Shown: positions 9,322-17,992, numbered from the stretch's first letter. The stretch is DNA of 55,371 nucleotides from Patescibacteria group bacterium (GCA_040384765.1 JAZKIQ010000001.1:67246-122616); one strand, 5' to 3'. Translations and numbers: made by a program. The notes: a model not told the origin generated them from the sequence alone.

Positions 9322-9354
9322 AGCCTCGGCGTCTTCTACGCCGAGGCTTTTTTT
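9322..9354 (+). terminator. Rho-independent terminator
   Basis: Hairpin agcctcggcg-tcttcta-cgccgaggct followed by a T7 run. Confidence 0.8.
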
Positions 9355-9515
9355 CTATTTTCTATTGCACGCGAAGCGTCCTGCTCCCCAGCGAAGCTCG
9401 CAAAAAAGATGAGATGCGAGACGCGAGCGAGGCTTGCGACCAAGCTGTGGATAGCCCTACTGCGCGGGAGCAAATGAGCGATGCAACGAAGCAGGTCGCT
9501 TTTTGTGAGCTTCGC

Positions 9516-10106
9516 TCACCAGCCCATAAAAATCACCAGCCTGCGCCACTGACTCTTGAATGTCTTAAAGTCAACGAACTTATTCTTCCCCTCCTCTGCA
9601 CTCTTTGCATCTGGATCGTTGTAGTAAAAACCGAGGATTCCTGAATCATCTTTGAGATAGCCCGTAAGAACGACGAGGTTGAAATGCTGTTCATCGGTCC
9701 AGTTGCGATAGGTAGATGCCATAACCGGATGGCCATGGTCAAGGTGGTCAGCGATCTTTTCAACTCCTTTATCAAAAAATGCCTCATGATACTGTTCATT
9801 TTTCGAGCGAAACTCCTCCATGTAGCCACGAATCCCATAATTATGAGCTAGAACAACAAGTCGGGGATGCGACCAGCCCGCTGAGGTAAATGCATCAATA
9901 GCGACACCTTCGAGGATCAGACCATCGAGACTTTTGATTCCGTGCGGACGATAATATTCAATCAACATCGCGAGGCACGCCACTGAGCGTGCTCGATCTT
10001 GCCAGATCGGATCACTCGCATCGAGATGGGAATAAAAAGGAACGTCGATCTTTGGAGACGTTGTTTTTTTCGCTGTCTTCTTTGATTTGTCTTTAAAAGA
10101 GATCAT
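9516..10106 (-). CDS. papain-like cysteine peptidase, C39-like (Peptidase_C39_2-type) domain protein
   Basis: The 196-aa ORF has a candidate catalytic Cys in ARSVACLAMLIEYYRPHG and a candidate His in HFNLVVLTGY. Spacing and context are typical of C39-like domains. Confidence 0.5.
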   Translation of the reverse strand: MISFKDKSKKTAKKTTSPKIDVPFYSHLDASDPIWQDRARSVACLAMLIEYYRPHGIKSLDGLILEGVAIDAFTSAGWSHPRLVVLAHNYGIRGYMEEFRSKNEQYHEAFFDKGVEKIADHLDHGHPVMASTYRNWTDEQHFNLVVLTGYLKDDSGILGFYYNDPDAKSAEEGKNKFVDFKTFKSQWRRLVIFMGW

Positions 10107-10140
10107 GCATGCACAGTTACGCTCGCCTTAAAATGCAGAT

Positions 10141-12474
10141 CTATCGAACCTTCCATCCGTCCTGTCTATTCAACTCAGCTGTTATAGAATCCATGACGGA
10201 TTGGACCTCATCTCCTTTCAGGGTCCTCTCTTTTGACTGAAAGACAAGACGGTAGGCATACGAGCGGCGCACAGCACCATCTTCGCTCTTCTTTGCAAAT
10301 TCATCAAAAAGCCGGGTATGCAAAAGATACTCACCGGCATTTTTTTCAATAATCTGGACCACCGCTTCCTTTGAAACACTCTCAGGCACCCATACCGCAA
10401 TGTCGCGCACCACGCATGGATAGGGTGAGTACACCTCGTATCTGTTTGCGCTTATATGCTCACGACCAATATCGGTATACGAAAGTGGCTCTGGCAGGTC
10501 ACGAATCAGATCTTCGAAATCAAGTTCGAGAATATTGCTTTTTCCTGAATACAGATTTTCGCCAAGATATCCGAGAAGCTCCTTTAGGTTATCTTTCGAG
10601 CTACTTGAGCCCAGCGCAATATGAGTCTTCTCTGATTTTCCAAATACGTTGCCTATCTCAAAAATCCGAACGGAGGGAAGCATGAGAAGATCGGCATGCG
10701 GAATGTTATCTGCAAGCTTTGCTGCTATCGCAGGCGCGATCTCCGTGCGGAGCGCCCGCTTGTCGGACGCAATAGGATTTTCTAGCAGATGCATCCCCTC
10801 ACCCACCAGAGAATAGGTTATGAGCTCAGAAAATCCTTTTTTTGTAAGCAGAGAGCGGATAAGCTCAGCATAGTAATACTTTTTATGCACCACTGCTGAG
10901 AGCTCGTGGTTTTTTGGCTCTATAGCCATGACGTGCTCGTACCCATAGATACGCCCAATCTCCTCGATGAGGTCTGCCTCTGCGCGTAGATCAAGACGCT
11001 CCACAGGCACTACAACCAGAAGACGCTCTTCGCGTGCACCGGGTATACGCCGAAACGCAACAATATCTTTGAAGTTGGCACTTCCTTTGTACTCTTCAAA
11101 CACCACCGCCTTCTCTGCCCGAGAAGCATGGATCACCTCCCCATTTCCCATATAGAGCGCCACGTGCGAAACACCTTCCGAGAAAGTATTTCCCGGAAGA
11201 AATTCGACTGATACGGTCTTGGGAGCAACACCCTCTTCTCGGGTAAAGATAAGGTCACCGGGCATGAGATCGCTCTCCTCTATCGCCTCCGTAAAGAAAT
11301 ATTGGTCGATCGAAATGCGTGGGACCGGAAGCCCACCCTGCGCGTGAAGATATGAGATAAAAGAAGATGAATCAAACTCTGCTGGCGCGTCGTGGCGGAC
11401 ACTGGCACCAAGCTTGTACCTCGCACCCACGAGCGTAGGAGCAAGCTCCAGTGCGCGTGCCGATGGCGTAACCCGCATTGCAGCAAGGCCGAGGCGCGCG
11501 AGGGTGTCCACCATCTCCTCCTCCGAGAGTGATGCGCCGAGCAACTTGTTTACATCCTTCGGCACAACCCCCACAACATACGGAAGTGAGGTACGTGCCG
11601 CTACATCGATGATATCGGGCGTAGCTTCTCCCCCCGCAAGCTCGAGCACAAGCTGTGTGAGCCTCTCGATGCCGCGCCGCGCAAGCTCTGGTGCGAGCTC
11701 GTGCTCAAAACGCACCGAAGCATCGGTGCGTAGACCAAGCTTTTGGGATGTTTTACGAATTGAAACAGCATTAAAGTTGCACGCTGAGAGAACCACTCTC
11801 TTCGTAGTGGAATCTATCCCTGAGTTATTGCCTCCTTTAATACCAGCTATATCGAGTGCTTTTTCGCTATCTGCGATAACAAGCACGCTCGGATCAAGGG
11901 TGAACTTTTTTCCATCAAGCGTTGTGAGCTCCTCACCCGCTCTCGCATGTCGAATAATGATCTTCTTCGGCGCATCACCAGCAAGCTTGTCATAGTCGAA
12001 CGCATGTACTGGCTGGCCAAGCTCGTGAGTAAGGTAGTTGGTCGCATCAACCACACTGTTGATGGAGCGCTGGCCAATTGCGGCTAGGCGCTCTACAAGC
12101 CACAGAGGAGACTCTCCAACTGCAATATTCAGAACAACGCGCTTTGTCGCGCGGGGCACCAAGACAGCATCCTCGACTGTCAGCGCGAGAAGATCCTTTG
12201 ATTGCTGAATGGACAGGCTCTCTTTTTCCTCTGGGAAAATGGGCTCTCGAAGTTGCTTGCCAGTAATAGCTGCGAGTTCTTTTGCAATTCCGATATGGGA
12301 AAGGCAGTCGTGTGCACGGTTGGGAAGTACTTTTACGTCGTATATCCAGTCATCACCATGCTCTTCTGCCGACTCAACCTCAAAAGCATGAAAGTTGAGC
12401 AGACGCTGAATTTCGTCTGCACGCGGCGCTTCGCTTTTAAAATATGAGACAAGCCACTTATACGAAACTTTCAT
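10141..12474 (-). CDS. pheT: phenylalanine--tRNA ligase beta subunit carrying an inserted NlpC/P60-like domain
   Basis: The 777-aa ORF has B3/4 (QPVHAFDYDKL), B5 (VPVERLDLRAEADLIEEIGRIYGYEHV) and a C-terminal FDX-ACB-like end (SYAYRLVFQSKERTL). An extra domain of about 145 aa occupies aa 335-480. Confidence 0.88.
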   Translation of the reverse strand: MKVSYKWLVSYFKSEAPRADEIQRLLNFHAFEVESAEEHGDDWIYDVKVLPNRAHDCLSHIGIAKELAAITGKQLREPIFPEEKESLSIQQSKDLLALTVEDAVLVPRATKRVVLNIAVGESPLWLVERLAAIGQRSINSVVDATNYLTHELGQPVHAFDYDKLAGDAPKKIIIRHARAGEELTTLDGKKFTLDPSVLVIADSEKALDIAGIKGGNNSGIDSTTKRVVLSACNFNAVSIRKTSQKLGLRTDASVRFEHELAPELARRGIERLTQLVLELAGGEATPDIIDVAARTSLPYVVGVVPKDVNKLLGASLSEEEMVDTLARLGLAAMRVTPSARALELAPTLVGARYKLGASVRHDAPAEFDSSSFISYLHAQGGLPVPRISIDQYFFTEAIEESDLMPGDLIFTREEGVAPKTVSVEFLPGNTFSEGVSHVALYMGNGEVIHASRAEKAVVFEEYKGSANFKDIVAFRRIPGAREERLLVVVPVERLDLRAEADLIEEIGRIYGYEHVMAIEPKNHELSAVVHKKYYYAELIRSLLTKKGFSELITYSLVGEGMHLLENPIASDKRALRTEIAPAIAAKLADNIPHADLLMLPSVRIFEIGNVFGKSEKTHIALGSSSSKDNLKELLGYLGENLYSGKSNILELDFEDLIRDLPEPLSYTDIGREHISANRYEVYSPYPCVVRDIAVWVPESVSKEAVVQIIEKNAGEYLLHTRLFDEFAKKSEDGAVRRSYAYRLVFQSKERTLKGDEVQSVMDSITAELNRQDGWKVR

Positions 12475-12482
12475 AGGTACTC

Positions 12483-13238
12483 TTAAAATTGATTGATGAA
12501 ACGAAGATCTCCACTGTTGAAATGCCGTATGTCATCGATGCCATACTTGAGCATCGCAAGCCTCTCAAGCCCCACGCCAAAGGCGAACCCTTGGTAGTAC
12601 CGCGGATCTATGCCAACGCCATTGAGGACATTTGGATGCACCATACCAGCACCCATTATCTCTATCCAGCCAGTCTGCTTGCACAGCGAGCAGCGCACAG
12701 CGCCCTGCATGCCAGTGCCCCCACAGCGAAAGCACGACATGTCGATCTCGACGCCCGGCTCAACAAAAGGAAAGAAGCTTGGGCGAAATCGCGTGACGAT
12801 CTTACGCCCGTAAAGCCGCTCAAAAAAACGCTCGAGAGTACCCTTGAGGTCCGCGAGTGAGAGATTTTGATTTATCGCCAACCCCTCGAGCTGATGAAAC
12901 TGAAATTCGTGTGTACCATCAAGTGCCTCATAGCGATACACCTTGCCTGGCACGATCGTAGCAATAGGTGGACGGTGTTCACGCATATAATGAATCTGGA
13001 CCGGCGAAGTATGGGTACGCAGGAGCATCCCCTCCGCACGAGGCTTGAGCCAAAAGGTGTCGTGCATATCCCGTGCAGGATGGTCCTTCGGGAAGTTGAG
13101 CATGCCAAAGTTGAAAAGCTCGCTTTCAAGCTCCGGACCTTCGGCGACAGAAAATCCAAGTTCAGTAAAAATATCGACAGCTTCGCGAATGAGCTGAGAG
13201 ATGGGGTGTGCGTGGCCTTCTAGACGTGGTTCTGTCAT
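12483..13238 (-). CDS. pheS: phenylalanine--tRNA ligase alpha subunit (short form lacking the N-terminal helical domain)
   Basis: The 251-aa ORF carries HPARDMHDTFW, FRPSFFPFVEPGVEIDMSCFRCGGTG...CSLCKQTGWIEIMGAGMVHPNVL and GFAFGVGLERLAMLKYGIDDIRHF. Confidence 0.9.
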   Translation of the reverse strand: MTEPRLEGHAHPISQLIREAVDIFTELGFSVAEGPELESELFNFGMLNFPKDHPARDMHDTFWLKPRAEGMLLRTHTSPVQIHYMREHRPPIATIVPGKVYRYEALDGTHEFQFHQLEGLAINQNLSLADLKGTLERFFERLYGRKIVTRFRPSFFPFVEPGVEIDMSCFRCGGTGMQGAVRCSLCKQTGWIEIMGAGMVHPNVLNGVGIDPRYYQGFAFGVGLERLAMLKYGIDDIRHFNSGDLRFINQF

Positions 13239-13248
13239 GGATTTAGGG

Positions 13249-13321
13249 AGCCACCTGTCAGATTTGAACTGACGACCTACGCTTTACAAAAGCGTTGCTC
13301 TACCAGCTGAGCTAAGGTGGC
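13249..13321 (-). tRNA. tRNA-Thr (anticodon UGU), no encoded CCA
   Basis: Manual cloverleaf: GCCACCT TA GCTC AGCTGGTA GAGC A ACGCT TTTGTAA AGCGT AGGTC GTCAG TTCAAAT CTGAC AGGTGGC T. The 3' end lies 10 nt upstream of the pheS start. Confidence 0.85.
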
Positions 13322-13529
13322 ACGATTTACTTAGGTACAAAAGCGTGTCACCCATAAAATTCTGCAGAATTTTATGGGCGGTCTCATCTGCACTTATTCC
13401 TCGCATTCGCTCGGGTGCAGATTCGGTCTCGGTTGGAGTACCAACCGGCATTCTCTGCGTTAAGCAGAGAATGCCCCGCCTCGCCTCGTCAGGCTCCGGC
13501 CCTGAATTGCTCCATGCATTCGCAATTCA
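13322..13529 (-). ncRNA. unclassified, densely hairpinned spacer between the tRNA fragment and tRNA-Thr (candidate structured RNA or element remnant)
   Basis: Minus-strand hairpins: CTGAATTGC/GCAATTCAG (9 bp), GGCATTCTCTGC-TTAA-GCAGAGAATGCC (12 bp), GGTTGG-TACT-CCAACC, ATCTGCAC/GTGCAGAT, and the palindrome CCCATAAAATTCTG/CAGAATTTTATGGG (14 bp). No credible ORF is present. Confidence 0.3.
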
Positions 13530-13554
13530 GCTCCACCAACCGAGCTAAGGTGGC
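13530..13554 (-). pseudogene. degenerate copy of a tRNA 5' part (acceptor 5' strand plus D-arm)
   Basis: GCCACCTTAGCTCGGTTGGTGGAGC matches tRNA-Thr GCCACCTTAGCTCAGCTGGTAGAGC at 22 of 25 positions. Similarity stops at about tRNA position 26. There is no anticodon arm, T-arm or 3' acceptor strand. Confidence 0.55.
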
Positions 13555-13585
13555 GTGGTTTTCACTCTACCACACCGTAGCCAGA

Positions 13586-13939
13586 CTATTCCATATCCCG
13601 CGCAAAAATAGATCGATTCCCCGGGTGAGAGCCCCCCTTTCCCTTGATCCGCGCAGCGAGCGCGTGCATCTTTTCAGAGATCCGCATAGAGGTCCGGTGA
13701 AGCCATGAACCAGCCTTAAAAAGAAAAGCTGCCACATATGGCTTCACCTTCACCCAGACAGTATCCGTGTGCTTTTTGAAGTATCTCCTGCTTCCCTCAA
13801 CAAGTGGCGCAACCACATGCGCAAGCCCGACATGCTCGTGATGCGAATACTCCTCGGCGCGAACAAGCACCAACTTTTGCCACACAACTGCGAACATAGC
13901 AACGAAAGAACAAACTGCCATTATAAGAAGGAAGGTCAT
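13586..13939 (-). CDS. hypothetical membrane protein (one N-terminal TM helix)
   Basis: The 117-aa ORF starts MTFLLIMAVCSFVAMFAVVW and lies 12 nt downstream of tsf on the same strand. Confidence 0.5.
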   Translation of the reverse strand: MTFLLIMAVCSFVAMFAVVWQKLVLVRAEEYSHHEHVGLAHVVAPLVEGSRRYFKKHTDTVWVKVKPYVAAFLFKAGSWLHRTSMRISEKMHALAARIKGKGGSHPGNRSIFARDME

Positions 13940-13951
13940 AGGTGTATGAAG

Positions 13952-14578
13952 TTAATCTACGAGAGACACTCGAACGATCTTTCCAACCTCGATGCGCTCG
14001 CCAAATTTCTGAGTACCTGCCTTTATGATATCTCCTACCGTGAGCTCGGGAGTTTTGATAAACGGCTGGTCGATGAGGCTGCGCTCCTTAAAGTAGGCAG
14101 CCACTTTACCATCGACGATCTTTGCTTTAAGGTCTGCGGGTTTATCCATAGATGCAGCCTCTGCCTCAAACCCTGCGCGTATCGCGCCTTTTATGTCGTC
14201 GGAAACCTCTTTTTCTGAAACAAACTCAGGGTTCATGGCCGAAACATGCATGGCGATATCTTCTGCAAGAGCCTTGAACTCAGGATTGCGCGCAACGAAA
14301 TCGGTCTCGCACATAAGCTTCACCATTGCGCCAATAGACCCCCCGTGGACATACGAGGATACAACTCCTGCTCCAAGGGTTCTATCAGATTTTTTTTCTG
14401 CAATATCCCCACTCTTCTTTTTGAGAAGCTCGAGGGCCTTTTCCATATCCCCACCCGCAGCCGTCAGGGCTTCACGGCACTGCATAATAGAAACACCTGT
14501 CCTGTCACGAAGCTCTTTAATATCTTGCGTTGTTATCATCTTCTTTTTTTCTAAGAACATGTCTAAACGTTCAACCAC
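13952..14578 (-). CDS. tsf: translation elongation factor Ts (short form)
   Basis: UBA-like N-terminus ITTQDIKELRDRTGVSIMQCREALTAAGGDMEKALELLKKK, then GAMVKLMCETDFVARN. The start is ambiguous: GTG at 14578 or ATG at 14539. Confidence 0.88.
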   Translation of the reverse strand: MVERLDMFLEKKKMITTQDIKELRDRTGVSIMQCREALTAAGGDMEKALELLKKKSGDIAEKKSDRTLGAGVVSSYVHGGSIGAMVKLMCETDFVARNPEFKALAEDIAMHVSAMNPEFVSEKEVSDDIKGAIRAGFEAEAASMDKPADLKAKIVDGKVAAYFKERSLIDQPFIKTPELTVGDIIKAGTQKFGERIEVGKIVRVSLVD

Positions 14579-14605
14579 ACCTCCAAGGAAACCGGGGAAT
14601 TTTAC

Positions 14606-15385
14606 CTAGAGAGTCGGCTTTCCTTCAACCTGTGCATTCGCGAGCGATTCTGGCTTATTTTCTGATTTTACTTCTGGTGTTGTTGGGTTTCTCTTGCCTT
14701 CAAGGTATGCATCTCTCATACGCTCTACAAAGAACGCGATACTTGATACCGAGGTGTCGTTTGCGACGATAGGATAGTCTACCAGTGATACGTCGCAGTC
14801 AGACCCAGCAAGGGCCACAATCGGAATACGAAGCTTGCGCGCCTCGCTTACTGCTGTTGACTCCTTTTTTGGATCAATAACAAACAGCGCTGCCGGAAGA
14901 GTTTTGAGAGTTGAAAGTCCTGCAAAAAAGCGACGCAATTTATCGACTTCACGTGAGAGAAGCAGCTGCTCCTTCTTGGTGTAGATTGAGAGCTCGCCTC
15001 GCTCCTTTCGGCCAGCAAGATCCTCCATTCGAGCAATGCGCTTTTTGATCTCTGGCCAGTTTGTGATAGTGCCACCAATCCAGCGCTCGCGAGCAAAGGG
15101 CACTCCAGCTTCCGCTGCAGCACGCTCTACGATAGCCCGAGCCTCTGGCTTGTTGCCCACAAATACAATCTGCTTTCCTGCGGATCCAAGCGATGAAACA
15201 AAAGCCTCTGCTTTTCCAAGAAGCCCCTGCACCTGCTCGAGATCGATGATCTCGGTTCGATTCTTAGCTCCAAAAATAAACTGTTTTACTGATGGGTGAC
15301 GTCGTGATTTCTGGTACCCAAAATGAGCACCCGCCTTAAACATGGCGTCGATCAGATCGTTATGCATGCTGCCGTTCTTTTCCAT
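14606..15385 (-). CDS. rpsB: 30S ribosomal protein S2
   Basis: Carries MFKAGAHFGYQKSRRHPSVKQFIFGAKNRTEIIDLEQ and an rpsB-tsf gene order. The start is uncertain: ATG at 15385 or 15367 fits S2 length better than the TTG at 15424 used by the track. Confidence 0.88.
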   Translation of the reverse strand: MEKNGSMHNDLIDAMFKAGAHFGYQKSRRHPSVKQFIFGAKNRTEIIDLEQVQGLLGKAEAFVSSLGSAGKQIVFVGNKPEARAIVERAAAEAGVPFARERWIGGTITNWPEIKKRIARMEDLAGRKERGELSIYTKKEQLLLSREVDKLRRFFAGLSTLKTLPAALFVIDPKKESTAVSEARKLRIPIVALAGSDCDVSLVDYPIVANDTSVSSIAFFVERMRDAYLEGKRNPTTPEVKSENKPESLANAQVEGKPTL

Positions 15386-15491
15386 ATGTTTTGTGAGTGT
15401 ACCAAAGGGCGAAAGAAAGCGCAACGCCCTCGAATGGGGGTATAACTCAAAACCGCCCTTTTGGGGCGGTTTTGATGAGAAACAGGCTTTG

Positions 15492-16583
15492 TTACTCGTG
15501 GAAATTAGGGTTGAGGTTGGTTATCTCTACCGGAATCGAAATCGTGGTGCTTTGGCCGTTGTGGAGGGTTGCAACCGGAACTGAGTAGGTGCCCGTCGCC
15601 AGATCGTGCGAAAAACGGAGCTTTAGTCTGAGGGTTGCCGGGAACGAAGATGGAGTAAAGGTCTGTCGCGCAATGCCTCCGATGTATGCGATTGCACCTG
15701 CGGACACTCCAAGGTCTGCGCCAGAGCCACTCTTGAGGGGACCTACCGAGATGACCACCGGTGCAATTGTGTGCTGGGCCGTTGTCGTGATAGTAACCTC
15801 GTTCGTACTTTCTGGACGATCAGCAAGAAAGGTCACCTCGAGCTTCTTTCCGGCTGATGTAACAGCTGACGAAAATACCGGTGGAGGTGGAGGGGGTGGA
15901 GGCAACGGCAAAGGTGCTGGCTCAAATGTGTCACCGTAGCCGTAATCTATTTCTTCTCCTTCTCCTCCACCACCTCCACCGCCGCCTCCTCCACCACCTC
16001 CGGGGTCAGAAGGGAAAGAGCCATCAGGCAAAGGGAACCTAGGGAAGGTGCTGCTTTTACACTGAAGACTCGCTGGATAGATCGAACAGCAGAGCGGAAA
16101 TGTTGGCGCAAACGCACACTGCGGCAAGGAGCCACCCCCTCCACCCGGAGGAGCAAAAGGAGAGGTTGGCGATCCTGGACCACTGGGAAAACGTGATGCG
16201 GAGGTCTGGGGTGGAGATGCAAATGCGCCCGAACCGGTAGCGGTGGCACCGCCAGCAGCTCCTCCAAATTTTGCTTCACACGAACCAAGATACGAAAAAG
16301 AGTCGATCGCACAGCGGAACTCTTCTCGGTTTCCCGTGATTGCAGCTATCGGTGCAGCGATGACCACAAGTGGTGCGGTGATGATCGTAGTGATCACCTT
16401 GAGTAGCTTTTTAAGAAAACCCGCCTGACCGTATTCGTGGGTTATCTCAGCTGCTACAGAAACAGACTCCCCCAAAGAGGTAGTCTGAGCAAAAGCTGGA
16501 ACAGGAGCAGGAACGAGTGTACTAACAAAAATAAAAATTGATAAGAGAAAAGAGACAGTCGAACGAAAATATGATTGCGCCAT
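15492..16583 (-). CDS. secreted protein with poly-Gly and poly-Pro tracts
   Basis: ATG at 16583 gives a signal peptide MAQSYFRSTVSFLLSIFIFVSTLVPAPVPAFA. The longer track ORF would overlap prfA by 250 nt. Contains GGGGGGGGGGGGEGEE and PLPLPPPPPPPP. Confidence 0.6.
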   Translation of the reverse strand: MAQSYFRSTVSFLLSIFIFVSTLVPAPVPAFAQTTSLGESVSVAAEITHEYGQAGFLKKLLKVITTIITAPLVVIAAPIAAITGNREEFRCAIDSFSYLGSCEAKFGGAAGGATATGSGAFASPPQTSASRFPSGPGSPTSPFAPPGGGGGSLPQCAFAPTFPLCCSIYPASLQCKSSTFPRFPLPDGSFPSDPGGGGGGGGGGGGGEGEEIDYGYGDTFEPAPLPLPPPPPPPPVFSSAVTSAGKKLEVTFLADRPESTNEVTITTTAQHTIAPVVISVGPLKSGSGADLGVSAGAIAYIGGIARQTFTPSSFPATLRLKLRFSHDLATGTYSVPVATLHNGQSTTISIPVEITNLNPNFHE

Positions 16584-16629
16584 GGCTCTATCATACCTCT
16601 CCTGCTTAAAAACTGCTGGGGATAGCGGG

Positions 16630-17610
16630 TTACTCCTCATCCGCTGCTTCCCCGAGTGTGCCCGATTGTTCACGTTCCTTGAGAACAAGGACAACGGGAT
16701 CGAGATCACCTCCCATAATCCCTTCAATGTTATGCCAGGTCTCTTTGATGCGATGGTCAGTAATGCGGTTTTGGGGGAAGTTGTAGGTACGAATCTTCTC
16801 TGAGCGGTCCCCTGTGCCGATCTGATTTTTGCGCTCGGCACTTGCGGCCTTTGCCTGCTTTGCCCGATCGAGCTCTTCAAGCTTTGCCAAAAGAATAGAC
16901 ATCGCTTTTTCGCGATTTTTTGCCTGGCTGCGCTCTGATGTACACCGCACCATAAGACCAGTCGGCTTGTGCACGAGATGTACTGCCGTCTCTACCTTGT
17001 TTACGTTTTGGCCACCAGCGCCCCCTGAGCGAGAAAAGCCCATCTCAATATCTGCTGGGTTTACTTCGAACATCACCTTTTCTCGAACAGGGAGCACTGC
17101 GACCGATGCCGTTGAGGTGTGCACACGGCCAGCTTTTTCCGTAATCGGTACGCGCTGCACTCGGTGAACCCCCATCTCATATTTTAATGCGTCGTACACA
17201 CCCTTTCCCTTTATCTCAATCGATGCCTCCTTATACCCACCAAGATCATTCTTTGACTCATCAAGCACCGTGACACCCCACTTTTTTATTGCGGCATATT
17301 TCTCGTACATTTCGGCAAGCTGGTATGCAAAAAGCGCAGCCTCATCGCCACCGGCGCCAGCGCGCAGCTCGAGCACCACAGCCTTTACCTCGGCCTCCTC
17401 CTCTTTGTCTTTTGCCACTATCTCCTCGGCTTGAGTGAGGATCTCCTTTGATTGCGCTTCGAGCTTTACGATATCTTCACGGGCAAGCTCGGCCATTCCG
17501 GGCTCAGATTGCATAGGCTCGAGCTCTGCAATCAAAACCAAAAGCCGCTCATACTCTTGCATGAGATACGTGGTCTTTGGATTTTGCTTGAGCGCCTGAA
17601 TATCGGTCAT
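16630..17610 (-). CDS. prfA: peptide chain release factor 1
   Basis: Carries [16 protein letters not shown] (RF1-type P-x-T tripeptide) and the GGQ motif [16 protein letters not shown]. Confidence 0.88.
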   Translation of the reverse strand: MTDIQALKQNPKTTYLMQEYERLLVLIAELEPMQSEPGMAELAREDIVKLEAQSKEILTQAEEIVAKDKEEEAEVKAVVLELRAGAGGDEAALFAYQLAEMYEKYAAIKKWGVTVLDESKNDLGGYKEASIEIKGKGVYDALKYEMGVHRVQRVPITEKAGRVHTSTASVAVLPVREKVMFEVNPADIEMGFSRSGGAGGQNVNKVETAVHLVHKPTGLMVRCTSERSQAKNREKAMSILLAKLEELDRAKQAKAASAERKNQIGTGDRSEKIRTYNFPQNRITDHRIKETWHNIEGIMGGDLDPVVLVLKEREQSGTLGEAADEE

Positions 17611-17627
17611 GGTATGTAGAATACGAG

Positions 17628-17661
17628 AAAAGCCGCGTCCACGATAGTGGACGCGGCTTTT
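17628..17661 (-). terminator. hairpin terminator downstream of rpmE (symmetric; could act in both directions)
   Basis: AAAAGCCGCGTCCAC-GATA-GTGGACGCGGCTTTT, a 15-bp stem flanked by A/T runs. Confidence 0.7.
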
Positions 17662-17667
17662 CGAGTG

Positions 17668-17901
17668 TTAAGCCTCCTTTTCGGCTTTCTTCGCTGGGGT
17701 CTTCTTTGCTGTACGTGCCTTAAAGCGCTCTACGCGGCCTGCGGTGTCGATCACCTTATCGTTACCACTGAAGAAGGGATGACACGAGCTGCAGATTTCA
17801 ACCTCGATCTTCTCTCTGGTTGAGCCGATGGTGTACGTTTTACCACACGCGCACACAACCTGCGCCTCAGGGAAATATGTTGGATGAATGTCTGCTTTCA
17901 T
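17668..17901 (-). CDS. rpmE: 50S ribosomal protein L31
   Basis: [46 protein letters not shown] is a canonical L31 sequence with CxC...CxxC. Confidence 0.92.
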   Translation of the reverse strand: MKADIHPTYFPEAQVVCACGKTYTIGSTREKIEVEICSSCHPFFSGNDKVIDTAGRVERFKARTAKKTPAKKAEKEA

Positions 17902-17944
17902 GGGAAATATCGTACCACACGCGTATTAAAATGCAAACCACCCT

Positions 17945-17988
17945 AAAAACAGAGGCCCCGGCGCGCGCTCGCACCAGGGCCCTTTTTT
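17945..17988 (-). terminator. GC-rich hairpin terminator after the 17993..18712 gene
   Basis: The minus strand reads GGGCCCTGGTGCGAGCGCGCGCCGGGGCC followed by TCTGTTTTT. A T6 run is also present on the plus side. Confidence 0.6.
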
Positions 17989-17992
17989 GAAG

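Noticed and set aside
13322-13554. Possible group I intron-containing tRNA or hammerhead ribozyme upstream of tRNA-Thr (a CUGACGAG word is present).
   Set aside because: No 3' exon is present: there is no T-arm and no AGGTGGC acceptor strand before the intact tRNA. The sequence after the CUGACGAG word lacks a closed stem II followed by GAAA.
13322-13554. Possible T-box leader for pheST.
   Set aside because: I could not find the conserved T-box sequence (GGGUGGUACCGCG-like) or a specifier-loop architecture. A complete tRNA gene also lies between this region and pheS.
16584-16880. N-terminal 99-codon extension of the 15492..16880 ORF.
   Set aside because: It would overlap prfA by 250 nt. The internal ATG at 16583 gives a clean signal peptide.
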